This document shows, piece by piece, positions 24,697 through 31,891 of a stretch of 32,000 nucleotides of DNA. Origin of the DNA: Candidatus Nitrosopumilus koreensis AR1. GTDB taxonomy: Archaea; Thermoproteota; Nitrososphaeria; Nitrososphaerales; Nitrosopumilaceae. Each line of letters opens with the position of its first letter. The stretch's first letter is position 1. Position numbers and translations under genes: made by a program. The notes beneath the pieces were generated by a model. It worked only from the letters and a program-made list of their open reading frames with translations. It was not told the DNA's origin and searched no databases. Where the stretch lies: positions 1,530,001 to 1,562,000 of the forward strand of contig NC_018655.1 in the NCBI RefSeq assembly GCF_000299365.1, in the 5' to 3' direction.

Positions 24697-25443
24697 TTAA
24701 CTTTCCACGCGTGGAGCTAAGTAAAAGTGAATTCTACCAATATTAGCTACTTTGAATTCAATTCTGAGTGGTTTTGCGCTTGAAAATTCACATGTAATAA
24801 AGCCAGCAGTGGTTCCTACTGCTTTTACTACAGGATTTAGATACTCCAAACTATAGGTTCCAACACTATCTTCTTTTGAAGAGATCTCTTCAATATCTTC
24901 ATCGTCTTTATCTAAATCAATGGTAACTTCTCCAGAGTCTCCTTTTCCTGAAAAATCTCCTTTAGAATCGGATGTATGTATTGTCAGATAATCTGACACA
25001 ACCTGAACATCACCTAGAATCTTGTCAAACTTTGATGAGGACAATATAATTTTAGAATCATAAGGAATTTTTGGCAATGGTGTATCTGTTGCAGAGCTTT
25101 CAATTAAACGCATTTTGTATTTTTTATTTTTACCTACAGTAACAAGTAACAGATTTTGTTCAGAAATGCTGATTTCTATACTATCTTTTTTGTCTGCTCT
25201 TTTGATAAGTTTTGAAAATTCATCTATTCTTACTCCAAATTTTATGTCACTGTCACACTCATATTTTTCAAATGCAGAATTAGGCCATGAGATATCTATT
25301 AGAGCAACATGAGATGGATCCATTCCTCTAAAAGAAATTCCTTCAGCTGTTGCAACAAAAGTTGCTTCTTCAACAAGTGTCGAAATTGCGGAGATAATTG
25401 CTTTTAGATCATCAGAACCACTTGTTTTTGCTCCAAAAGTCAA
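24697..25443 (-). CDS. pcn: DNA polymerase sliding clamp (PCNA)
   Basis: 248 aa. LVEEATFVATAEGISFRGMDPSHVALIDISWP... matches the archaeal PCNA pattern. Confidence 0.92.
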   Translation of the reverse strand: MTFGAKTSGSDDLKAIISAISTLVEEATFVATAEGISFRGMDPSHVALIDISWPNSAFEKYECDSDIKFGVRIDEFSKLIKRADKKDSIEISISEQNLLLVTVGKNKKYKMRLIESSATDTPLPKIPYDSKIILSSSKFDKILGDVQVVSDYLTIHTSDSKGDFSGKGDSGEVTIDLDKDDEDIEEISSKEDSVGTYSLEYLNPVVKAVGTTAGFITCEFSSAKPLRIEFKVANIGRIHFYLAPRVES

Positions 25444-25477
25444 ATCAATTTTGTTGACTTTACGTTCCAGTTAAACG

Positions 25478-25792
25478 TTATGCGTAATTACGCCAAGTAT
25501 TCTTACATTTTGTACAGCGATAAAATTGTGTTGTTGGTTCATCTGCACTTCTTGTTTGAAGCATCCACCAAACTGCTTCATCATGTCCACATTTTTCACA
25601 TTCAATTTTGATGGTTGGATGAGATTCTTCTCCCTCATTTCCTTCAAAAGCCAAAATGGATTCTTCTTGTTCGTTTTCAATAATTTTTTTGGCCTGCTTT
25701 TCTTCTTGTCCTTCTGTATAACCACATTTTGAGCATTGAAGGCCAGAGGTACCTTTTTTTAATTTAACCTCACATTTGGGGCAAAATTTCAA
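25478..25792 (-). CDS. tfs: transcription factor S (TFS, TFIIS/RpoM-like)
   Basis: N-terminal zinc ribbon CPKC...CSKC. C-terminal ribbon CEKCGHDEAVWWMLQTRSADEPTTQFYRCTKC carries the catalytic acidic DE loop. Confidence 0.92.
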   Translation of the reverse strand: MKFCPKCEVKLKKGTSGLQCSKCGYTEGQEEKQAKKIIENEQEESILAFEGNEGEESHPTIKIECEKCGHDEAVWWMLQTRSADEPTTQFYRCTKCKNTWRNYA

Positions 25793-25794
25793 TT

Positions 25795-26073
25795 CTAATT
25801 TACCTTAAGTTTTGAATTAAACAATTGTTTGAACTCATCTGCCATTTTTATTGCTGAATCTGTTGCTTTCTTTATTTCACCTAGTGGTTTTGAACTAGAA
25901 TTAATTCTCATCCAACATTCATTTGTAAGTGGATGTTTTACAATAACACCTGCAAAATCAATATTTGATTCTTTTAGAAGCTCATGTTGAATTAGGTACA
26001 AAATTCCAATGTCGGTTTCAGTGATTGAAAGGTTGATTTCTTTGGCTTCTGAACTGATCACTTGTGCGTTCAT
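25795..26073 (-). CDS. rpoL: DNA-directed RNA polymerase subunit L (Rpo11)
   Basis: 92 aa. ILYLIQHELLKESNIDFAGVIVKHPL fits the Rpo11/RpoL core. Lies 2 nt upstream of tfs in an information-processing cluster. Confidence 0.75.
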   Translation of the reverse strand: MNAQVISSEAKEINLSITETDIGILYLIQHELLKESNIDFAGVIVKHPLTNECWMRINSSSKPLGEIKKATDSAIKMADEFKQLFNSKLKVN

Positions 26074-26124
26074 GTATTCAGAAAAAGCACTTATTGCGGA
26101 TATAAATCATTATGAGCAGTAGAA

Positions 26125-26661
26125 ATGGGCGAAAGCAGGATTTCAGACATAGAATTGGTAAAATCCAAGGATGAATACTCTTCAGACGAAAATATTGAGA
26201 TAAACGTTAGATTTTCAGTCGAAGGTGACCTAAGAGACTCATTTAATGAGGCAAATTGGACTAAAGCGTACAACAACAATGATGTTTCATTCAAAATGAA
26301 ATGTGGTGTAAAATTGACTACAGGCGGATTTAGGAAAAAAGAGTTAGGCAGAACAATTGATACCTACAGAAAGGCATCAATATTTTGGACACGTAATCCT
26401 AAACTTGTTAACCCTATGAAAGACAGAAGGATTTGGGTTCAAGTGGCTAAAAATTTTGAGCCATTTATCAGACTATCAGAAGAAGAGGTAAGGCAAGAAT
26501 TGTTTGATTTTAATGAAAAATTTGTTTTCAAGGCAGAAGATTTGGGAAAAGGTACACACAAAATTGGTGCAGAAGCATTTGCATCATGGCAAAAACACGA
26601 TTTTACAGAACCAGGAAGCGTCAAGAACAATTCAAAAGAGATTGAAATCAAAATCAATTAG
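26125..26661 (+). CDS. hypothetical cytoplasmic protein (178 aa)
   Basis: Intact ORF with an ATG start and no signal peptide or recognisable motif. First gene of a three-ORF same-strand cassette. Confidence 0.6.
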   Translation: MGESRISDIELVKSKDEYSSDENIEINVRFSVEGDLRDSFNEANWTKAYNNNDVSFKMKCGVKLTTGGFRKKELGRTIDTYRKASIFWTRNPKLVNPMKDRRIWVQVAKNFEPFIRLSEEEVRQELFDFNEKFVFKAEDLGKGTHKIGAEAFASWQKHDFTEPGSVKNNSKEIEIKIN

Positions 26662-26691
26662 GGATATAAGGAACTTTTTGATGAAATCAAT

Positions 26692-26844
26692 ATGGCAAAA
26701 TATGATGGTCTATTAGGTCAGCCAATTCTTGAAGTTGAAGATCCTGACAAGGAAGGTGGAATTACCTTTATCTTTAAAGATAACAGATTTTTATTCATCA
26801 AGGCAAATGATGGAAAAATTGAAACGGTATCAATCCCAGAATAG
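26692..26844 (+). CDS. small hypothetical protein (50 aa), paralogue A
   Basis: Below the ORF-track cut-off. MAKYDGLLGQPILEVEDPDKEGGITFIFKDNRFLFIKANDGKIETVSIPE. Shares 21 of 48 ungapped positions with the next ORF. Confidence 0.45.
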   Translation: MAKYDGLLGQPILEVEDPDKEGGITFIFKDNRFLFIKANDGKIETVSIPE

Positions 26845-26854
26845 GTGAATATGA

Positions 26855-27001
26855 ATGGAAAAATATGATGCAATCAAAATGTTAGAACTTGTCAAGGTAG
26901 AAGATCCAGATTCAGATGGCGGTCTCACTATGATTTTTCAAGAAAATAAAACTTTGAAAATCAAAATTGTCGATGGAAAATTAGTTTCAGAATTTGTTTA
27001 A
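26855..27001 (+). CDS. small hypothetical protein (48 aa), paralogue B
   Basis: MEKYDAIKMLELVKVEDPDSDGGLTMIFQENKTLKIKIVDGKLVSEFV. A Shine-Dalgarno-like AGGTGA lies 6 nt upstream of the ATG. Confidence 0.45.
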   Translation: MEKYDAIKMLELVKVEDPDSDGGLTMIFQENKTLKIKIVDGKLVSEFV

Positions 27002-27002
27002 A

Positions 27003-27512
27003 CTAATTTTTTACATGTTTTTCATAAAAACCAATAGCTAGTTCTTGTACTTCAGATTGAATGGAACCTGGTCTTTCTTCACGAATTTTTTGAATAGCTT
27101 TCTCTGCGGAAAAATTTTTGTATTTTACAAAATAACATGCAAGTATTGTTCCAGCTCTTCCCATTCCTGCTGCACAATGAACCATCACTGCTTGATCATT
27201 TGTAATTTGTTCATGGATAAAATCTACTGCAGAATCAATTTTTTCCATATCCGGAGCTGTAAAATCAGGTGTAGGTACATGAAGATAATCAATATTTTGT
27301 ACCCAATTATCAGGTAAAGCGTTTTCAGTCATAGTTACAATTGATTTTACACCCTGATTTACAATCCAACCAAATTCATCAAAACTTGTTGGCATACCTG
27401 ATCCTGCTAATTTTTCTTCAATCAGCCAAGAAAAGTTAGTAGGTTTTTTTGTAATTTTTCCATGAACTTTTCTCCAAAGATTACCAGGTTTGCTCATGAT
27501 AGATATCAGCAT
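27003..27512 (-). CDS. dual-specificity/tyrosine protein phosphatase
   Basis: HCAAGMGRAGT is the Cys-X5-Arg P-loop, with an upstream Asp-containing loop (TPDFTAPD). Confidence 0.85.
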   Translation of the reverse strand: MLISIMSKPGNLWRKVHGKITKKPTNFSWLIEEKLAGSGMPTSFDEFGWIVNQGVKSIVTMTENALPDNWVQNIDYLHVPTPDFTAPDMEKIDSAVDFIHEQITNDQAVMVHCAAGMGRAGTILACYFVKYKNFSAEKAIQKIREERPGSIQSEVQELAIGFYEKHVKN

Positions 27513-27545
27513 TTACTATATTTTTAGCATTACGAAAGAACATAG

Positions 27546-28187
27546 TTAGAATGCCACGGCTCTTACAGGAGAACCTGTTGCATCTTTTAGTTTTAGCGGA
27601 AGAATTGTAAAATTAAATTCCTTTGATGAAATTTTATCCAAATTTGCGAGGTTTTCTACTATCAAGATATTATTTTTTGATAAGACATGATGAACAGTAA
27701 ATGATTCATCTTGTCCAAGATCAATGCTAGGTGAATCAATGCCTACAAGGTTTATCTTTTTTTGTACAAGATATTTGGCAGCAGATAATGCTAGTCCAGG
27801 ATTCTCTGTAAAATAATTATTATTTTTAAGATTTTTTTGCCACCCGGTAAAAAAGAAAACAGATGAATTGTTGGGAATATTTCCATTTTTTTTCTCGAAT
27901 TGGAGAATTTCTGATTTTGTGATGGGCGAATTTTTTGATTTTTTTAATTTGACCAATATGGCTTGGCGCATTAGTCTATCAAGTGGAATCTGATCAATTT
28001 TGATACCATTTTTAACAAAATGAAAAGGTGCGTCAAGATGAGTTCCAGTATGTGAGCTTAGAAACAATAACTCAAGATTATATCCATCTTCTTTGATATT
28101 TGACCAAAAAATGAACTGTGGTTTTGGAGAACCGGGAAAACTTGGAATAGATTTGGATATTGTAAGTGTTAGATCTATCGGTTTCAC
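27546..28187 (-). CDS. putative cyclase / kynurenine formamidase-family metallohydrolase
   Basis: SHTGTHLDAPFHF (HxGTHxDxPxH) signature of the cyclase family. Confidence 0.85.
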   Translation of the reverse strand: MKPIDLTLTISKSIPSFPGSPKPQFIFWSNIKEDGYNLELLFLSSHTGTHLDAPFHFVKNGIKIDQIPLDRLMRQAILVKLKKSKNSPITKSEILQFEKKNGNIPNNSSVFFFTGWQKNLKNNNYFTENPGLALSAAKYLVQKKINLVGIDSPSIDLGQDESFTVHHVLSKNNILIVENLANLDKISSKEFNFTILPLKLKDATGSPVRAVAF

Positions 28188-28256
28188 ACCAGTAAGACAA
28201 AATGCTAATTAATCAATTTTTGAATTATGAAAAGTTAAATACTCTTTGAGTAAAAA

Positions 28257-28520
28257 TTGCGTGTGCCTACTGCATATGTTCTACTAAATTCTGATTTAGG
28301 ATCAGATGAATCAATCATCAATGAAGTAAAGCAAATCCTTACAGATGAGGATGTCACCTATGAAGTTCAAGGTGTATACGGAGTATACGATATCGTCTTA
28401 AAATTGTCTTCAGATGATGCTGAAAAACTACGTTCAATTATCACCAATAAAATCAGGAAGATTACCAAAGTTCAATCTACTTTAACCATGATGGTCATAG
28501 AAGAACAAGAGAATCTATAG
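28257..28520 (+). CDS. stand-alone Lrp/AsnC-type ligand-binding (RAM) domain protein
   Basis: AYVLLNSDLGSDESIINEVKQI...VQGVYGVYDIVLKLSSDDAEKLRSIITNKIRKITKVQSTLT matches the RAM-domain pattern, with no HTH. TTG 28257 or GTG 28263 could be the start; the latter sits 26 nt from the TATA-like ttaaat. Confidence 0.75.
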   Translation: MRVPTAYVLLNSDLGSDESIINEVKQILTDEDVTYEVQGVYGVYDIVLKLSSDDAEKLRSIITNKIRKITKVQSTLTMMVIEEQENL

Positions 28521-29663
28521 TTTCTTTATTGCATCAATTACTGATAGTATTTCTGATTCAGTGTTAAAGAAATGAGGTGATGCTCGTACAATCTTTTTTT
28601 CCATAATTTCTCTTACAGCTAAGATTATGTTTTGTTTTTCAAGTCTGTCAACAAGTTCTTGAGAATCCATTCCATCAATATTAAAAGATACAATACTAGT
28701 TCTAGTATTAGGATCTTCAGGACCAAACAAAATAATTTTTGGAATTTTAGATAATTCTTCTCTGAGAAGATTTGACAAATGTTGATTTTTTTTACGAATG
28801 TTTTCAATTCCAAAATCAAGCAAGTAATTTGCAGAAGATTCTAATCCAACAATTCCAACATAATTTCTAAATCCAGTTTGGAATTTATCAGGAAGTTCTT
28901 TGAATGCTAGATTTGTATCATCATACATAATGGCAGATTCTCCACCAATAGTTTTTGGTTCTAACAGTTCGCTTGATTTTCTATTGCAATAAAACAAACC
29001 AGTGCCCATAGGACCACAAAGCCACTTTGAACCATTAAAGGACATAAAATTACAATTCATTTTAGAAACATTAACATCAATACAACCTACAGTTTGTGCG
29101 CTATCAACAAAAAGAGGCACCTCATCATCAAGAATTTTTGCGATTTTAGATATTGGTAAAATTGAACCAGTGTTATACAAAGCGTGGCTCAGAGCAACTA
29201 ATTTTGTATTACTGTCTATTAGTGATTCTAGATCTTCAAGTTTGAAAAACCCATCTTTGTCAATTGTAAGATTTTTTATGGAAATCTTTTCTTTTAGTTT
29301 TAGCCATGGAAAAAAATTTGAATGGTGTTCATGAGTCATTCCACGTATAATCATGTTTGAATTTTCATTAAATGCAAGACCGTTTGCAACAATATTGATC
29401 CCATCAGTAGTACTTTGAGTTAAAACCACTTCATCAGGTTGACAAGAGATAATTTTTGCTATTGTTTTTCTTACAGATCTTAGTTTTTCAGTTACAAACG
29501 GTTCTGATTCCTTTGAATCAGGGCCAATAGAGTTGTATGATATTAGAAAATCTTTCATTGCTTCAATGCTTTGGGTTGGCATTAGAGAAACTGATGCATT
29601 ATTTAGATAGATTTTATTAGAATTAGGAAAGTCATCTGAGATATCTTTTGATGCTAAATTCAT
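28515..29663 (-). CDS. class V PLP-dependent enzyme, SufS/CsdA-like fold but without the catalytic cysteine
   Basis: PLP-lysine context FMSFNGSKWLCGPMGTGLFY and C-terminal VRASPHFFNTESE as in the SufS group. No Cys occurs in the C-terminal 145 residues, where desulfurases carry the persulfide Cys. Confidence 0.8.
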   Translation of the reverse strand: MNLASKDISDDFPNSNKIYLNNASVSLMPTQSIEAMKDFLISYNSIGPDSKESEPFVTEKLRSVRKTIAKIISCQPDEVVLTQSTTDGINIVANGLAFNENSNMIIRGMTHEHHSNFFPWLKLKEKISIKNLTIDKDGFFKLEDLESLIDSNTKLVALSHALYNTGSILPISKIAKILDDEVPLFVDSAQTVGCIDVNVSKMNCNFMSFNGSKWLCGPMGTGLFYCNRKSSELLEPKTIGGESAIMYDDTNLAFKELPDKFQTGFRNYVGIVGLESSANYLLDFGIENIRKKNQHLSNLLREELSKIPKIILFGPEDPNTRTSIVSFNIDGMDSQELVDRLEKQNIILAVREIMEKKIVRASPHFFNTESEILSVIDAIKKL

Positions 29664-29689
29664 TATTATATCTGTAAAATGCTAGATGG

Positions 29690-30286
29690 GTGTTGGATAA
29701 AAGTCCTGACCAAATTTTAGATAGCAAACTAGTTAATATTCAAAATGAATTTAGAGAGAAGATACCCAACATAGTACTTTGTTCAGAGCCATTTCACAAA
29801 GCAGAATTCCTAAATAAATTAATCAACTGTTTTGAGAAACCAGTGATTTTTGTAGATATAGATTTACTTTATACAGGATATGTTGAATCAGGAATAATTC
29901 AGAAAAGAGACAATGTAACAATTCTTCACATAACAAAAGAGAATTGGAAAAAAGAATTTGCAGGAATAATTTCTAAGATCTCAAAAGAAGAGTTTCTTGT
30001 AATTATTGATTCGTTTAATGGCATCTACAACATGTTTGATGATTTAGAATCAGCCATATTCATTAATTCGTGTATCATGTTACTTTCATCATTAGGAAAA
30101 GATACGAGTTCGTCTATTGTCATTACTGCAATGGCTAGGAAAAAAGAAAAGGAGGGTTGGATTCTTACTCCAGGGGGAAAGCAGATCATAAAATCTGCTA
30201 AAACAGGGGTTTACTTTCTAAAGAAGATTGAAAATAACTTGAGTATGCGTTCCATAGATGAAGATTCAAAAAATTTCAAGACATAG
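29690..30286 (+). CDS. RecA/KaiC-superfamily-like protein with degenerate Walker A
   Basis: IVLCSEPFHKAEF occupies the position of G.PG.GKT.F. The Walker-B-like strand is FLVIIDSFNGIY, followed by IVITAMARKK...GGKQIIKSAKTGVYFLKK. GTG start. The assignment is by pattern only. Confidence 0.45.
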   Translation: MLDKSPDQILDSKLVNIQNEFREKIPNIVLCSEPFHKAEFLNKLINCFEKPVIFVDIDLLYTGYVESGIIQKRDNVTILHITKENWKKEFAGIISKISKEEFLVIIDSFNGIYNMFDDLESAIFINSCIMLLSSLGKDTSSSIVITAMARKKEKEGWILTPGGKQIIKSAKTGVYFLKKIENNLSMRSIDEDSKNFKT

Positions 30287-30327
30287 AAGTGGAAAAAACT
30301 GGTTTTTGTTTGAAAGGCGATCAAAAA

Positions 30328-30363
30328 TCAAACGCCGTTATAAAATTTCAAACGCCGTTATAA
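30328..30363. repeat. two perfect 16-nt direct repeats (tcaaacgccgttataa) 20 nt apart, each with palindromic core AACG-c-CGTT
   Basis: Copy 1 is 30328-30343 and copy 2 is 30348-30363. They are G+C-rich relative to the AT-rich spacer. They lie upstream of the TATA-like box of the ferredoxin gene. Confidence 0.85.
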
Positions 30364-30381
30364 CGTGATATTTTTAGGCAA

Positions 30382-30390
30382 ATTATATTA
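30382..30390 (+). promoter_or_regulatory. TATA box for the ferredoxin gene
   Basis: attatatta is centred about 31 nt upstream of ATG 30417. Confidence 0.4.
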
Positions 30391-30416
30391 ATGACAAATC
30401 AAGATTTTATTTTGTT

Positions 30417-30716
30417 ATGCCAGTAGGAATTATTCCAGACATAAGCGAACAAATGTGTATCGGATGCGCACTATGTGTAGAAATCTGTACAACACTTGGT
30501 CCAGATGTCCTTAGAGTAAAACCAGTTGAAGGCTGGAAGAGAGGTAAAGCATTTGTCTTTTACCCAGAAAGATGTATTTCTGATGGTGCATGCATCGGTG
30601 TATGCCCAACAAAAGCAATCTTTTGGATGAGACCAATGGACTTTACTGTTGGACAACCAGTTCCACTCCACAAAGATTCAGTCTTCGTAAAAGGTTGGAC
30701 CGAATTAATCGATTAG
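30417..30716 (+). CDS. dicluster-type ferredoxin with one CxxDxxCxxxCP motif
   Basis: The first motif is CIGCALCVEIC (CxxCxxCxxxC). The second is CISDGACIGVCP (CxxDxxCxxxCP). That gives 7 Cys plus 1 Asp as potential ligands. Confidence 0.85.
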   Translation: MPVGIIPDISEQMCIGCALCVEICTTLGPDVLRVKPVEGWKRGKAFVFYPERCISDGACIGVCPTKAIFWMRPMDFTVGQPVPLHKDSVFVKGWTELID

Positions 30717-30748
30717 ATTAGTTCAACTTTTAATTTCTTTTTCTTATT

Positions 30749-31744
30749 TTAGACTTTAACAGCCCCAGGTTTGGTTTTTGATACATCAGGTTTCTTCTTC
30801 AACCAAAATAATACCGCAATAAACATTACAGCTGGAATAAGAATAATGACAATCATCAACTCGTAATATGTTGTCAATCTTTGTGCAGGTTTAATATGAA
30901 AAGTTTCATGAGTAGTCTTTTCTGGATTATCATAAACTGCTGCAGTGAAATCCACTGATCTTTGTTCTTTAGATTCTACACCACCAAACACAGTAACACT
31001 TTCCTCAGCTAAAAGCGATGGAGAGTGAATTCCTTCTATTCTAACTATGATTGAACCAGAATCAGTAAAAACAAAATTTCTGTAATCACCACCAATCTGA
31101 CTTAATCCTTCATCACGGAAAATTTCTTGACCATTTTGAAAAATAACAAAATCATATTTCATTTCTGCAAGATTGGAATTTGTTTGTGGATCATAGAATT
31201 GATATACAAATTGAATTTTTTCATGTGTTTTAATTACCGGAGGATCCCACGACAGATTCACTTCAAGATCTAAATCTGGAGTATATTGTAATAAAGGAAA
31301 TTCAACTTTTTGGCCTGTTGCATCATGTGGATAATCAGGAATCTCCTTTTCAACAACTACAATTCCTTCCATCCAAGGATGAATTGTGCAGAAATAAGAA
31401 AAAGTTCCTGATTCTTCAAATTTGTATGACCAAGAGTCTCCTGGTGAAAACTCTCCACTATCAAATATCCCATCAGGTTTTCCAAAATTTTTATTGTCCA
31501 TCCAACCAAATCGCCCTGGTCCATCACCACTAGTAACTGTATGAGTCTCTCTGTCATCATTATACCAAGTTATTGTATCTCCAACAATGACGTTAATCAA
31601 AGGAGGGTCATACCAAACTTCTGCAGGAGTATTTAGTTCGGGATTGTACGCACCAAACGGGATATCAACTATGTATTCATCTGCAAAAGCAAAAGGAATC
31701 GAGCCTGAGAATAGGATTATTGAAAGTATGAAGAAATAATGCAT
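30749..31744 (-). CDS. membrane-anchored blue copper (cupredoxin) protein, amicyanin-like type 1 site
   Basis: Signal peptide MHYFFILSIILFSGSIPFAFA. His ligand in ETHTVTSG. CTIHPWM (C-x2-H-x2-M) as in amicyanin. Additional beta-rich domain. C-terminal TM helix LMIVIILIPAVMFIAVLFWL. Confidence 0.88.
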   Translation of the reverse strand: MHYFFILSIILFSGSIPFAFADEYIVDIPFGAYNPELNTPAEVWYDPPLINVIVGDTITWYNDDRETHTVTSGDGPGRFGWMDNKNFGKPDGIFDSGEFSPGDSWSYKFEESGTFSYFCTIHPWMEGIVVVEKEIPDYPHDATGQKVEFPLLQYTPDLDLEVNLSWDPPVIKTHEKIQFVYQFYDPQTNSNLAEMKYDFVIFQNGQEIFRDEGLSQIGGDYRNFVFTDSGSIIVRIEGIHSPSLLAEESVTVFGGVESKEQRSVDFTAAVYDNPEKTTHETFHIKPAQRLTTYYELMIVIILIPAVMFIAVLFWLKKKPDVSKTKPGAVKV

Positions 31745-31762
31745 AAATTAAGAACGTTAAAT

Positions 31763-31774
31763 TTTATAATAAAT
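31763..31774 (-). promoter_or_regulatory. TATA box for the cupredoxin gene
   Basis: The minus strand reads tttattataaaa, centred about 25 nt upstream of ATG 31744 (leaderless spacing). Confidence 0.45.
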
Positions 31775-31891
31775 CTATCAGGTTATTCTCAAAATCGAAA
31801 GTAATTATCAGATGAAAGAATTATTGGAGATGAAATATACTTGGAAATACTAGAAGCCTTGATATTTACATAAAAACAACAAAGAATAAAA

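Noticed and set aside
25471-25725. 84-aa same-strand alternative-frame ORF overlapping tfs.
   Set aside because: It lies completely within the TFS gene, whose zinc-ribbon and acidic-loop motifs fix the true frame. The alternative product is Lys/Asn-rich with no motif.
394-31560. Many 60-110-aa track ORFs lie inside or antisense to larger genes. Group 1: 394-660, 1268-1465, 2017-2235, 2332-2562, 3250-3468, 3553-3768, 3650-3832, 4948-5190, 5527-5754, 5794-6030, 6469-6663, 6667-6870. Group 2: 7270-7482, 7992-8315, 8757-8993, 9206-9412, 10516-10791, 13592-13777, 14828-15058, 16167-16367, 18158-18460, 18509-18691, 22086-22298, 22678-22977. Group 3: 23379-23594, 23712-23897, 24114-24299, 25115-25312, 25526-25732, 26091-26294, 26439-26657, 26504-26716, 27045-27317, 28625-28819, 29002-29334, 30471-30671, 31318-31533, 31357-31560.
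   Set aside because: Each overlaps a longer ORF that has a confident family assignment or better coding character. Their translations are low-complexity (Ser/Phe/Ile/Leu-rich), as expected from off-frame or antisense reading of AT-rich coding DNA.
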